From Phycisphaerae bacterium (GTDB lineage Bacteria; Planctomycetota; Phycisphaerae; UBA1845): a DNA stretch of 64,000 bases. The stretch covers positions 1,696,001-1,760,000 of the forward strand of contig CAXXGO010000006.1 in the NCBI GenBank assembly GCA_963666835.2, given 5' to 3'. The position numbers and the translations under genes were made by a program. Every line of letters begins with the position of its first letter. Positions within the stretch are counted from its first letter, which is position 1. Shown piece by piece: positions 49,245-60,233 of the stretch. The notes under the pieces are model-generated. The model had not been told where the DNA came from. It searched no databases and worked only from the letters and a program-made list of their open reading frames with translations.

Positions 49245-50249
49245 ATGCGTTGGTTGAAGCTGCTGCGTCACGATCCGATCGCCCCGCTGATGGCGGTCGA
49301 CATCTCGGCCATCATGTATCACGTACGCCGCGACCTGCTCGAGGAGCGCGTCCCGCCCGTTCGCCGGCTCTGGGAATCGCCCGAGGTACAACGTATTCTC
49401 CGCCGGCAGAATCCGGACGGATCGTTCGAGTACCCCGGCAAGCGCGTCGTGCCGTACCCGGCGCACCACTATCCTCTGGTCGAAACGTGGAAGCAGATCC
49501 GCTTCCTCGTAGAGCAATACGGAACGAACCGCCGCCACGAGCCTACCCGGCGAGCGGCCGAGTACCTGTTCTCCTGCCAAACCGAGGACGGCGACATCCG
49601 GGGCTTCATCGGCAACCAGTACGCCACCTATTACACCGGCGCCATACTCGGCCTTTTGATCAAGGCCGGGTATGCCGGGGATCCGCGGATAAAGAGCGGC
49701 ATGCAGTGGCTTCTGGGGATGCGGCAGGACGACGGCGGCTGGACCGTGCCGATGATCACCGTCAAACTCAGCCGGGCCCAGCAGTATAGACTGACCACTA
49801 CCGCGGCGCCGCCCATCGAACCGGATCGCGCCAAGCCCTTCTCCCACAACTGGACCGGAATGGTCCTGCGGGCGTTCGTGGCCCACTCGCGGTACCGCAA
49901 GCGAAAGTCCACGTGCGTCGCGGCCGGGCTGCTCAAGGGCCGCTTCTTCAAGCCCGACGGCTACACGTCGTACAAGTCCGCGCACTACTGGACCACGTTC
50001 GCCTACCCCTTCTGGTGGAATAATCTGGTTGCGGCCATGGATACGCTTTCGACGATCGGATTATCCGCGGACGACCGCGACATGCAGCGCGGTCTTGACT
50101 GGTTCGTGGCCCACCAACAGAAGGACGGCCTCTGGTCTCTCGATCATCGAACAGCCGGACAATCCGCAGCCCCGCCGGCCAAAGCCACCCAGATGCGCGC
50201 GTGGGTCGCCCTCGCGATCTGCCGGATTCTCCGTCGATGCTGTGGGTGA
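49245..50249 (+). CDS. Prenyltransferase/squalene-cyclase (QW-like) repeat protein
   Basis: QNPDGSF, QTEDG, RQDDGGW, QQKDGLW repeats. Confidence 0.75.
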   Translation: MRWLKLLRHDPIAPLMAVDISAIMYHVRRDLLEERVPPVRRLWESPEVQRILRRQNPDGSFEYPGKRVVPYPAHHYPLVETWKQIRFLVEQYGTNRRHEPTRRAAEYLFSCQTEDGDIRGFIGNQYATYYTGAILGLLIKAGYAGDPRIKSGMQWLLGMRQDDGGWTVPMITVKLSRAQQYRLTTTAAPPIEPDRAKPFSHNWTGMVLRAFVAHSRYRKRKSTCVAAGLLKGRFFKPDGYTSYKSAHYWTTFAYPFWWNNLVAAMDTLSTIGLSADDRDMQRGLDWFVAHQQKDGLWSLDHRTAGQSAAPPAKATQMRAWVALAICRILRRCCG

Positions 50250-50374
50250 TTGTCCGAGCGGCCCAAGGTTGACTATCTCGTGAATAGTCGAATCTGTTCG
50301 GAGAAGAGAGTCCTCACGTCGGCACCGGAGGGGACAGTCTTTATGAACGTTATGCCAACTGGGTGTCATAATAT

Positions 50375-50775
50375 AGGCATGTCTTCGCGCGACACGCGCC
50401 GTTGCGGCAGGTCTCGTGCCTCGACCTGCCCTACATGATATGCCACCTAGGTGTCATAGGTCAACTTGTTGACCCGTGGATTCGCATGTTACCGGCATGT
50501 AGGCATGTCTTCGCGCGACACGCGCCGTTGCGGCAGGTCTCGTTCCTCGACCTGCCCTACATGATATGCCACCTAGGTGTCATAGGTCAACTTGTTGACC
50601 CGTGGATTCGCATGCTACCGGCATGTAGGCATGTCTTCGCGCGTCACGCGCCGTTGCGGCAGGTCTCGTTCCTCGACCTGCCCTACGGGACATGCCACCT
50701 GGGTGTCATGGGCCAACTTGTTGGTCCGTGGAGCGGCATGCTCTCGGCATGTAGGCATATCTTGGCGCGACGGGC
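50375..50775 (-). repeat. Tandem array, 126-bp unit x3 (REP1 + GGTCAACTTGTTGACC palindrome)
   Basis: GTCTCG at 50411, 50537, 50663. Confidence 0.93.
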
Positions 50776-50929
50776 GCGTTTGGCACATACGCCGAAGGCG
50801 TTGAACAACAAAGTCCAGGGTAAACGAACCGGCGCAGCCGCGTAAGTGCCACCCTGGGTCACCGAGCCCCCTCCAGCACCACCCCCGAAGTGGGTTGAAC
50901 AACGGCGTTTCACTGCGCTCCACCCATGG

Positions 50930-52189
50930 CTACTTGCCTACGTTCCTTCGGGCTGGATCATCCCGGCAAACCAACTTTCCCTTTTTCATAACGAGGCGCA
51001 CGCAGTTACGGCCCGGTTCGTACAGCCAGCGGGCGTGGTTGGGGACGTCCAGGATCAGCAGGTCCGCCTGCATTCCTGGGTGTATCGCCCCGACTCGGTG
51101 AGATCGGGCAAGGACGGCGGCGGCATTGGCGGTGGCGGCGATCAGAGCTTCGGTCGGAGTCATACGCATCTGAACGCAGCCGATCGACATGACCAGCGGC
51201 AACGACTCGACCATCGCCGAACCGGGGTTGTAATCGGTGGCCAGCGCCACCGGCAGATCCGCTTCGAGCAACCGGCGGGCCGGAGCCTGCTCTACTCCCA
51301 AGAAGAACGAGCATCCCGGCAAAAGCACGGCCACCGTCCCGGCGGACTTTAGCGCAGCAATCCCGGCCTCGTCCACCGTTTCAAGGTGATCGGCGGAGAC
51401 GGCTTCGACCTCTCCTGCCAACAGAGTGGCACCACACTGGGTGATCTGATCGGCGTGCAGCCGTGGAGCGAGCCCGAACTGCCGGGCGGTGTTCAAGACG
51501 CGCCGGGACCGCTCAATATCGAAAGCGGTTCTCTCGCAGAACACGTCACAGAACTCGGCCAGTTTCTCGTCGCGAATCCGCCCCAGAACTTTGTCGGCAA
51601 ACATGGTGTCCAGGTACTCGTCAGGCCGATCGGCATACTCGACCGGCGTAGTGTGGGCGGCCAGGTAAGTGGCGACTAACTCGACCGGCTGCAGCTTGTT
51701 CAACCGCTGGATTACTTCCAGCATCTTCAACTCGTCGGCCACCGTAAGTCCGTAGCCGCTCTTGATCTCCACAGTGGTCACTCCCCGGCGTAACATGCGC
51801 TCCAGGCGGGGCAGAGTCAGGGCGATCAACTCGTCGTGACTCGCTTGGCGAACCGCCTCGACAGTGACCCGAATCCCGCCGCCGCTCTCCGCGATCTCCG
51901 CGTAGGACTTGCCTTCGATCCGTTGGACGAACTCCCGCTCGCGGGTCCCGGCGAAGACCGTGTGAGTGTGGCAGTCGATCAGCCCGGGGACGACGCAGCC
52001 CCCGGCCGCATCGATCGACTCGGTCCCCGCGGGCGCGTCCAGCTCCGCCTGTGGTCCGAACCACGCGATCAGCTCGCCGTCTATCAACATGGCGGCGTTT
52101 CTAATAACCGTTACCTCGCCCATTGAACGACCGGTTACGGGGCCCGGCGGTACGACGATCAGCTCGGCTATGTTCCGTATGGCTAACAT
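50930..52189 (-). CDS. hutI: Imidazolonepropionase
   Basis: PGLIDCHTH, EIKSGYGL, DVFCE, HADQ, SADHL, ATDYNPGS. Confidence 0.95.
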   Translation of the reverse strand: MLAIRNIAELIVVPPGPVTGRSMGEVTVIRNAAMLIDGELIAWFGPQAELDAPAGTESIDAAGGCVVPGLIDCHTHTVFAGTREREFVQRIEGKSYAEIAESGGGIRVTVEAVRQASHDELIALTLPRLERMLRRGVTTVEIKSGYGLTVADELKMLEVIQRLNKLQPVELVATYLAAHTTPVEYADRPDEYLDTMFADKVLGRIRDEKLAEFCDVFCERTAFDIERSRRVLNTARQFGLAPRLHADQITQCGATLLAGEVEAVSADHLETVDEAGIAALKSAGTVAVLLPGCSFFLGVEQAPARRLLEADLPVALATDYNPGSAMVESLPLVMSIGCVQMRMTPTEALIAATANAAAVLARSHRVGAIHPGMQADLLILDVPNHARWLYEPGRNCVRLVMKKGKLVCRDDPARRNVGK

Positions 52190-52362
52190 GCTCTGGGGGA
52201 CCTCCTCAATCACGATTTCTTCGTGCCGGCAACGCCGGGGCATCATAGCACGAATCGGCGGGCTGGTCCGCTGTTTGGTTGGAGCCGGTTTCTGAGTTAT
52301 CGTTCCGGGCGAAGATGCCGCGATGGAGCGGACTCTGTAAGGATAGGGCCAGGAGAATCGAA

Positions 52363-53349
52363 GTGTCTCGGCGGTTCTTGTTTGTTTCGCTCCCTCTGGT
52401 TGTGCTGGGGGTCGGGTGCAATCCTTCGGAGCGGGTTCATCCTGTGGCCGCCCCGAACACGGTTCGGGAGATTCCTTCGTTCTCGATTCCATCACTTCCG
52501 GACGGAACCGCCTGCGAGCGGTTCATCGCCATGGGGGATATGGGCACCGGACGACGCGATCAGTACCTGGTGGCTGAGAAGATGGCGGAGTGGGCCGAAG
52601 CCAACGGCCTGGATTTCATGGTCTTCCTGGGGGATAACATCCTTCCGAACGGAACACGGTCGGCCGACGACCCCCAATGGAAGACCAAGTTCGAGGACGT
52701 CTACGCCGATCCGGCGCTAGCCGTGCCGGTCTACGCGGTGCTGGGCAATCACGAGTATCGCGGGAACGTGCCGGCTCAGATCGAGTATGGGAAACGCAAC
52801 GCGAAGTGGAAGATGCCCGCGCGGTACTACACGTTCACGCGGACCCTTGCCGACGCCACCCGGGTACAGTTCTTCGTCCTGGATACCACGCCGATCGACA
52901 AACTTGAGCCGGAAGTGGACGAGCAGGTCGCCTGGCTCGACCGGGAACTGTCCGCCTCAGCGGCTCGATGGAAGATCTGCCTGGGACACCATCCGCTTTA
53001 TCACCACAACCCTCGCCACGAGCCTAATCCGCGTACGATTGCCAAGCTGGAGCCGCTGTTCACGAAGCACAAAGTTGATCTCTACATGGCCGGCCATCAT
53101 CATGCTCTTGATATGCTCAAGCCGATCAAGGGGGTGTACTATGTGGTCAGCGGTGGCGGCGGCGGACCGGACTGCGCCCGGGAGATTGCCTGGACCGATG
53201 GTTCATACTATGCAACCACCGGTGGCGGATTCGCCGCTCTTCGTATCAGTCGCGACGAGCTGGTTATTGAGTTCGTGCGGATGAACGGGCGGACGGAATA
53301 CGCTCACACCCTGGCGGCGCGACAAGAAGTGCCGAATCCGTCGCGATGA
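52363..53349 (+). CDS. Purple-acid-phosphatase-like metallophosphoesterase, probable lipoprotein
   Basis: GDMG, GDN, GNHE, GHHP, GHHH; VLGVG-C; RBS AGGAG. Confidence 0.9.
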   Translation: MSRRFLFVSLPLVVLGVGCNPSERVHPVAAPNTVREIPSFSIPSLPDGTACERFIAMGDMGTGRRDQYLVAEKMAEWAEANGLDFMVFLGDNILPNGTRSADDPQWKTKFEDVYADPALAVPVYAVLGNHEYRGNVPAQIEYGKRNAKWKMPARYYTFTRTLADATRVQFFVLDTTPIDKLEPEVDEQVAWLDRELSASAARWKICLGHHPLYHHNPRHEPNPRTIAKLEPLFTKHKVDLYMAGHHHALDMLKPIKGVYYVVSGGGGGPDCAREIAWTDGSYYATTGGGFAALRISRDELVIEFVRMNGRTEYAHTLAARQEVPNPSR

Positions 53350-53567
53350 CGGCCCCTGTCCGGCAGTAAACGCCTCGAAGCAATCTTGCGCCGCTCCGAA
53401 GTTGGAGGCGGTGCCGTTCGATGAAGATCTGATACGCTACATCGGGGCAGGTCCTGGCAGACCGGCCTCGCGCATCGAGTCGGCTTACTCACCGGCGGTC
53501 ACACCACGTGCCGCGTTTGTTCCGGATGGCTGCCGGGGCCCCACGCCCGGCGCCGTATCGGCCTGGC

Positions 53568-54251
53568 TCAGGCGAACTCTACCGTGGAGGGTTCGCTCTC
53601 GTGCTCGATGTACCGATCGGTGAAAGAAGCGGCTTGGCCGTTCATCTCCTCGGCTACGTGGGCGAACCGCACGAGATCCGGAAGCGAGTTGGCCTGCATC
53701 TTCCTCATGGTGTTGGCCCGGTGAGCCTCGACCGTTTTCTGGCTGACGTGCAGCTCGGCCGCAATGGCTTTGTTGGGCAAGCCGTTCACGACCAGGTTCA
53801 TGACCTCTCGTTCGCGGCGGGTCAGCTTTCCGACGCGCGCCGAGATCACCGAACGGCAGGTATGCTCCGCCCGGTTGTGCCGATCCAGTTCCACGGCCTC
53901 GCGAATGCGTCTCAAGAGGACGTCGTTATCGAATGGTTTCTCGATGAAGTCGAGCGCCCCGCATTTCATGGCCCGGACCGCCGCGCGCACGTCACCGTAT
54001 CCTGTGATCACAATCACGGGAATCGAGGGCTTGCGGTTCACGACGTGTTCGAGCAGCTCGAACCCGCTCATTCCGGGGAGCCGCACATCGACAATCAGGC
54101 AGCCCGGCCTCGAGGGGTCTTGTCCCTCAAGGAAGTCTCGTGCGGTGGCGTAGGCTTCTACGGGATAACCCGCTGGCTCTATGAGCCAGCGCATTGCGTT
54201 ACGCACGTTCTCGTCATCATCGACGACGAAGACTGTTGATTCGGAGATCAT
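53568..54251 (-). CDS. FixJ/LuxR-family response regulator
   Basis: VVDDD, DVRLPGMSG, FIEKPF, LTRREREV, KTVEAHRAN. Confidence 0.94.
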   Translation of the reverse strand: MISESTVFVVDDDENVRNAMRWLIEPAGYPVEAYATARDFLEGQDPSRPGCLIVDVRLPGMSGFELLEHVVNRKPSIPVIVITGYGDVRAAVRAMKCGALDFIEKPFDNDVLLRRIREAVELDRHNRAEHTCRSVISARVGKLTRREREVMNLVVNGLPNKAIAAELHVSQKTVEAHRANTMRKMQANSLPDLVRFAHVAEEMNGQAASFTDRYIEHESEPSTVEFA

Positions 54252-54936
54252 CAAGCACATCCTCCGTACCGAAATTGGCGAAGTGACAGATCACAACAGC
54301 CAATATGATCGACTCGTACATACCCTTAACACAATAGGGTATTTACCTCAATTAGCAAGTCGCCGCTCTCAAACCGCCGTAAGGCTGGACTAGGGGCCGC
54401 GACGTTGCGGGAAGCGGTTCGCTCTTCTGACGTTGCTGCGTTGGTTTCGCGAAAGTGCCTTTCTTGCGACACTAGACACTTTCACGCAAGACGAACCACG
54501 AAACCGGTCTCTTTGCGTGCAAGAGTGAGCGGTCCGGGGCATGCTCTTCCATCCTGACGCGACGGACTTCGGTTATCGAGGGACTTTCGGGCTCCCCGCC
54601 CGGTTGCCGAATGTGGTTGAGGCCCGTCCCAATGGGGAAAGGCTGCGAACGTCACTGGGGATTGACCGCCTGTTGAAGGGCGGTCCCGGTCGGGCGGCCG
54701 GGCAGCTCGCTTGTGCGGTAGCTGTAATTATGCGAGCTAAGGAGACACTCCGATCCCCCTGCAGCGAGCGTAACGCCGGACCTGTGAGGCGGTTTATCGT
54801 GACCCATCCGTTGCTCCACGCAGCTCCGCCGTTCGTCGATGATTATAGACAGGGGTCCATGAAAACAGCTTAGAAGCCGTATTGGTGGGGTCCCTGGTGG
54901 GCCAAGAACCCTCTTTTGCGTCCGAGCGAGCCTGTA

Positions 54937-56316
54937 ATGAACGTTCCTGAAAACCATGATGAGTTGGATTTCTCGGTGGAGCAACTTGGTCCACGAAAAG
55001 TCAAGTCACCGTACAGGCTGTGCCGGTACGTATCGGACGACGAGCGAACGCTCCACGACACGTCGGTGGAGTCGTGGCGCGATCCGGACCGAGCCTCTCG
55101 TCGAGAGTCATCTTTGGGCTTCGAGTTGGCCGGCCCGCGGGAGCACATCTACTTCGATGCGACCAAAACTCGCTGTGCGGTGGTGACCTGCGGGGGATTA
55201 TGCCCTGGTCTCAACGACGTGATCCGGGCGGTTGTTCTCCAGCTTTATCACCAATACGGCGTCAAGATCATCTACGGCTTCCGTTTCGGTTTCGAAGGGC
55301 TCATCCCTCGATACGGACACGAGCCGCTCATGCTCGGGCCTTCCACGGTGACCGACATTCACCGGCACGGCGGCTCGATCCTGGCATCGTCGCGCGGGCC
55401 GCAATCGCCGGAGGAGATCGTCGACGCCCTGGAGCGCCTGAACATCCAGGTGCTCTTTTGCATCGGGGGAGACGGGACGTTTCGAGGCTCCTTGGCAATA
55501 CACGATGAGGTCCGCCGACGCAATCTCAAGATCGGGATCGTGGGAGTCCCTAAGACTATCGACAACGACATCCCGTTTACCTCCCGGACTTTCGGGTTCG
55601 ACACGGCATGCGCCATCGCGGCCAATGCCATCATCGGGGCACACGCCGAAGCGACGGGGGCGTTCAACGGAATCGGCCTGCTTAAGCTCATGGGCCGGCA
55701 CGCCGGGTTCATTGCCGCTCACTCCGTATTGGCGAGCCGCGACGCCAACTTCGTGCTGGTCCCCGAGGTGGATTTCGAACTGGGCGGAGACAGTGGGTTG
55801 CTGACCCACCTTCTGCGCCGGGTGCAGACGCGTCAACATGCGGTAGTGGTAGTCGCCGAGGGGGCGGGGCAACACCTCTTCGAAGGGGATTCCGGGGCGA
55901 CGGATCCATCCGGAAACGTGCGACTTAAGGACATCGGAGTGTTGTTGCGGGATCGAATCACGCAATATATGAAAATGGTCGACACTCCCTGCACGCTCAA
56001 GTACATTGACCCGAGTTATCTGATCCGGTCGGCCCCGGCGACGGCGAGCGATGCCCTGTTTGCCGGAACGCTGGGGCAGATGGCGGCCCATGCGGCCATG
56101 GCGGGAAAGACGGGTATGTTCGTCGGGTTTTGGAACAACCACTTCACGCACGTCCCGATGGCCGCGGCGGTGGCGCGCACCAAGAGGCTCGACCCGCAGG
56201 GCAACTTCTGGCACAGCGTCGTTGAGTGTACCGGGCAGCCGCACAACATGACCAATCAGGTGGAGTGTTCGGAGAGTATGGAAGAGGATTTACTGGCGGA
56301 GTCGTTGTTGGCCTGA
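54937..56316 (+). CDS. pfkA: ATP-dependent 6-phosphofructokinase (group X / plant-like)
   Basis: AGPREHIYFD, TCGGLCPGLN, GGDG, PKTIDND, MGR, KYIDPSYLIRS. Confidence 0.9.
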   Translation: MNVPENHDELDFSVEQLGPRKVKSPYRLCRYVSDDERTLHDTSVESWRDPDRASRRESSLGFELAGPREHIYFDATKTRCAVVTCGGLCPGLNDVIRAVVLQLYHQYGVKIIYGFRFGFEGLIPRYGHEPLMLGPSTVTDIHRHGGSILASSRGPQSPEEIVDALERLNIQVLFCIGGDGTFRGSLAIHDEVRRRNLKIGIVGVPKTIDNDIPFTSRTFGFDTACAIAANAIIGAHAEATGAFNGIGLLKLMGRHAGFIAAHSVLASRDANFVLVPEVDFELGGDSGLLTHLLRRVQTRQHAVVVVAEGAGQHLFEGDSGATDPSGNVRLKDIGVLLRDRITQYMKMVDTPCTLKYIDPSYLIRSAPATASDALFAGTLGQMAAHAAMAGKTGMFVGFWNNHFTHVPMAAAVARTKRLDPQGNFWHSVVECTGQPHNMTNQVECSESMEEDLLAESLLA

Positions 56317-56456
56317 CGAGGTCGCCATTTCGTTGATTGCAGGTGCCTCCATCGTGGAACACTGTCCGGCGGAGGCGGGTTCTCTTTAGATAAACGGACA
56401 AGTGCCGGGTAGTACGGCGACGTACGCCGGACAAACCGCAACGGGAGTATTCTGTC

Positions 56457-58103
56457 ATGGAAATGTCTGAACTGGTTTGCGATTACGGGCTGGAGCATCT
56501 CGGCCTGACGAATCTGGGGGCGATTTACTGGAATAGATCGACGCCAGCTCTCTACGAGAACGCGATCCGGCAGTCCGAAGCGCAGATAGCGCATCTCGGG
56601 CCGCTGGTCGTGCGTATGGGGCAGCACACCGGACGTGCGGCCAAGGACAAATACATCGTTGACGAGCCGAGCTCGACGAACGACGTCTGGTGGGGCAAGA
56701 TCAACGTGAAGTACTCCGCGGAACGGTTCGATGTTCTGCACCGGCGAATGTGCTCTTACCTGCGCGGCAAGAAGGTGTTCGTGCAAGACTGCTATGCGGG
56801 CGCCGACGAGCAGTTCCGCCTCCCCGTTCGGATTGTCAACGAGTTCGCCTGGCATAACCTCTTTGCTCGGAATATGTTCATCTCCCAGCCGCGGGAGCGG
56901 GCGTCGTTTCGCAACTTCCGACCGGAGTTCTCCGTCCTGCAGTGCCCGAGCTTCCATGCCGATCCTGATGAGGACGACACCCGGAGCGGGACGTTTGTTG
57001 CCGTCAGTATTGCGAAGAAGCTGATTCTCATCGGCGGAACGGCGTACGGCGGCGAAATCAAGAAGTCTGTCTTCTCCGTATTGAATTACCTCCTGCCCCA
57101 ACGCGGGATTCTGTCAATGCACTGCTCCGCCAACGTCGGCCGGAAGGACCCGGACGACGTGGCCGTCTTCTTCGGTCTCTCCGGAACCGGGAAGACCACG
57201 CTTTCCGCTGATCCCAATCGTCTTTTGATCGGTGACGACGAACACGGCTGGTCTGATGAGGGTATCTTCAACTTCGAAGGCGGTTGCTACGCCAAGGTCA
57301 TCAACTTGTCACGAGAGTCGGAGCCGGAGATCTTTGATTGTACGCGCCGCTTCGGGACGATTCTGGAGAACGTCGCGATGGACCCGGCGCAGCGCATGGT
57401 CGATCTGAACGACGCCTCCATTACCGAGAACACGCGGGCCTCATATCCGCTTTCACACATTCCCAACATAGTGCGTTCCGGCAAGGCCGGGCACCCGCGC
57501 AATGTAGTCATGTTGACAGCCGACGCGTTTGGGGTCCTGCCGCCGATCGCCAAGCTTACGCCCGAACAGGCGATGTACCATTTCATCAGCGGTTACACTG
57601 CGAAGGTCGCGGGAACCGAAGCGGGTATCACTGAGCCTACGGCGACGTTCAGTGCGTGCTTTGGGGCGCCGTTTATGATCCGGCATCCCTCGGCCTACGC
57701 CGAGCTGCTGGCGGCTAAGCTCGTTAAACACAAGGCCGATTGCTGGTTGGTCAACACCGGGTGGACCGGCGGGCCGTACGGAGTTGGATCCCGGATGAGC
57801 ATCGAGGTGACCCGGGCTCTGCTCAACGCCGCTTTGGACGGGGCCTTGAGCAACGTGAAGATGGAAGTCGATCCGTTCTTCGGCTTCTCCGTTCCGCAAG
57901 AGGCGCCGGGGGTGCCGTCGGGTGTGCTGAATCCCCGTAATACTTGGGCCGATCCGCACGCCTATGACGAGCAGGCGAAGAAGCTGGCCGGGATGTTCCG
58001 GAAGAACTTCGAGCAATACAAGAACGATACTTCGGCCGAAGTCGCGGCCGCGGGCCCGTCGGTAGAGGGCAAAGCGGCCCAGCCGGCAGCCGCGGCGTAC
58101 TGA
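56457..58103 (+). CDS. pckA: Phosphoenolpyruvate carboxykinase (ATP)
   Basis: YGGEIKK, MHCSAN, GLSGTGKTTLS, IGDDEHGW, NTRASYP, NTGWTGG. Confidence 0.97.
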   Translation: MEMSELVCDYGLEHLGLTNLGAIYWNRSTPALYENAIRQSEAQIAHLGPLVVRMGQHTGRAAKDKYIVDEPSSTNDVWWGKINVKYSAERFDVLHRRMCSYLRGKKVFVQDCYAGADEQFRLPVRIVNEFAWHNLFARNMFISQPRERASFRNFRPEFSVLQCPSFHADPDEDDTRSGTFVAVSIAKKLILIGGTAYGGEIKKSVFSVLNYLLPQRGILSMHCSANVGRKDPDDVAVFFGLSGTGKTTLSADPNRLLIGDDEHGWSDEGIFNFEGGCYAKVINLSRESEPEIFDCTRRFGTILENVAMDPAQRMVDLNDASITENTRASYPLSHIPNIVRSGKAGHPRNVVMLTADAFGVLPPIAKLTPEQAMYHFISGYTAKVAGTEAGITEPTATFSACFGAPFMIRHPSAYAELLAAKLVKHKADCWLVNTGWTGGPYGVGSRMSIEVTRALLNAALDGALSNVKMEVDPFFGFSVPQEAPGVPSGVLNPRNTWADPHAYDEQAKKLAGMFRKNFEQYKNDTSAEVAAAGPSVEGKAAQPAAAAY

Positions 58104-58265
58104 GGGAGTTTTGCTTCGGGGTAGGCGGCTTGGCCGGCAGAACCGCATAGAAAAAGACCGCCCGGGAGTGATGTTCACAACACCGCTACCGGGCGGTTCC
58201 ACGTTTGCAGACAGCCCGCGAGCCGGTCGAGGTCCCCGGAAGATGACACTCTGGTGACATCTCCT

Positions 58266-58835
58266 GTAGGGCACGATCGAGGCACGAGACCTGCCAGAAG
58301 AAGGCGAGCGTCGCGCGAAGACCTCGTAGGGCATGGTCGAGGTACGAGACCTGCCATCAAGGCCGCAATGGTCCGAGCCGCACGAAGAGGTGCCACCCAC
58401 GTGTCTCGCGGAACCAACCCGTCAGGGCGGCAGCTCTGCCCAGCCCGCGGCGTCAGCCGCGGGTTCGCGTCGTACGTCAACCCCAGCCCCGCCAGGGGCG
58501 GCACTTTGATACTCGAAGGGGGGCCCGACCTTCGCCAACGTGCTTCCGTTATGATGGTGAATCACGGGTGTCCGATCCAAACGTCGATGTTCTCTGCCGC
58601 CCGCAAGGGGCTTGGTGCGAAGCGGCCGCACGGTTTCCCCAGGCTTACGCCGTGGGGCTACAGGACCTGTCGCCCCAAGGGGCTTGGCTTGCGACACGAT
58701 CGAGGCACGAGACCTGCCAGAAGAAGGCGGGCGTCGCGCGAAGACCTCGTAGGGCACGGTCGAGGTACGAGACCTGCCACAATGGCGCCCGTCACGCGAG
58801 GACCACGGCAGGTCTCGTGCCTCGACCGTGCCCTA
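58266..58835. mobile_element. ~400-bp REP-bounded element, copy B, with extra REP1 copies
   Basis: REP1 at 58266, 58326, 58749 (+) and 58807 (-); body is colinear with 8188-8620. Confidence 0.82.
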
Positions 58836-58865
58836 CAAAAGGGGACAATCACATGTCAGGACGCG

Positions 58866-60233
58866 CTATTGACACTTGCAGCAGGATGGTCCGGACGGTT
58901 GCAGATCATCATAGGGACGGCGGAGCTTCTTCACTGCCGACTCGTAGCGGGCCCGGAAGGCGTGGGGGGTCAGCCCGGCCTCGGCGGCCAGGCCGGCCAA
59001 CATCGCCGGTGACTCGAAATCACGATCTTCGAGCCGGATCATATACGCTCGGGCGACGCTGTAGGAGTAACTATTGATGTCCACGAGGCGGATCCGAGCG
59101 CGATTCGTCTCCGGGGCGATCATGTCGTCGAAAGGTACCGGGACGAGGTTGTTGTCCTTGAGCGATACCATCACGCCCGCAGGAAGATCCCGCGTCGACT
59201 CCAACAGAAGCCGCACCCCGCCGTGTCCCAAATCCCGCGTGTACGCCATGTCGAAAGTTGTCGGCGGGGCGCAACGCATTTCGTACCCGAGAGTGTAGCT
59301 GACGATGGTCTCCCTCTTGCCTCGCTCACTGAATCGCTGCTGGAGTTCGTCCTTCAGAATCCGCGCCAGGGGCACCTCCGAGAGCCGCGGGTGACCGGCC
59401 GCATCCACCGGGACGTCGCGACCGAGCAACCGGGAGAGTTCCTCCTGGTCTCCGAGCTTGTACGCCAGCCCTTCTGCGAAGACGACGACTCCGTCATCGC
59501 GGCCCATCGCCCGCCGCTTGAGCATGGCCGCCTCGATAACGTCGACGATCTCCTTGATCGTAGTGGAACCGGGAAACTCCTCGGGAATCAGGGTGAGTGT
59601 CGCCCCCGCTGATTTGCCAATCCCCAGCGCAAGATGACCCGTGTTTCGTCCCATCGTCTCGACGATGTACCACCGCTTGGTAGTACGCGAGTCCTCCATC
59701 AGATTGGCCAAGATGTTCGAGCCGATATGTCGGGCGGTTGTGAACCCGAAGGTCGGCAATTCGCCCGGCAGCGGGAGGTCGTTGTCGATGGTCTTGGGCA
59801 CCAGCACGACGCGGATCTTGCCCTGGAATTGCTCCGCAATGAAACGCGAACTTAGCGCTGTGTCATCTCCTCCGATCGCCAGAAGGTGCGTGACTCCAAG
59901 GGCCTGGAGCCGCTGACAGACTCGGGCGACCTTTTGAGCGTCCGGCTCGACGACCGTCGAGGTGCGGAGCTTCTCCTTGTTGAGCAGGCTGGTCCGCGCA
60001 GTGCGCAGGATGGAGCCACCAGTGAAGTGGATCCTCCCCACGTCCCTGATGGTCAGTTCATGGACGTGATGCTCGGGGTCGAAGTCCTCGTCCGCCAAGT
60101 ACCGGAAACCTTCGTACATTCCCAGGACCCGAAGGCCGTTGTTGATGGCTTCGATCGTCGCTGCGCCTATAACCCCGTTAATCCCCGGGGCCGGTCCGCC
60201 ACCAACGATAATCCCCATCGTTGCGTGCATCAT
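58866..60233 (-). CDS. pfp: Pyrophosphate-dependent phosphofructokinase
   Basis: GGGPAPGIN, GGDD + PKTIDND (PPi signature), MGR, LGYEMRCAPP. Confidence 0.9.
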   Translation of the reverse strand: MMHATMGIIVGGGPAPGINGVIGAATIEAINNGLRVLGMYEGFRYLADEDFDPEHHVHELTIRDVGRIHFTGGSILRTARTSLLNKEKLRTSTVVEPDAQKVARVCQRLQALGVTHLLAIGGDDTALSSRFIAEQFQGKIRVVLVPKTIDNDLPLPGELPTFGFTTARHIGSNILANLMEDSRTTKRWYIVETMGRNTGHLALGIGKSAGATLTLIPEEFPGSTTIKEIVDVIEAAMLKRRAMGRDDGVVVFAEGLAYKLGDQEELSRLLGRDVPVDAAGHPRLSEVPLARILKDELQQRFSERGKRETIVSYTLGYEMRCAPPTTFDMAYTRDLGHGGVRLLLESTRDLPAGVMVSLKDNNLVPVPFDDMIAPETNRARIRLVDINSYSYSVARAYMIRLEDRDFESPAMLAGLAAEAGLTPHAFRARYESAVKKLRRPYDDLQPSGPSCCKCQ

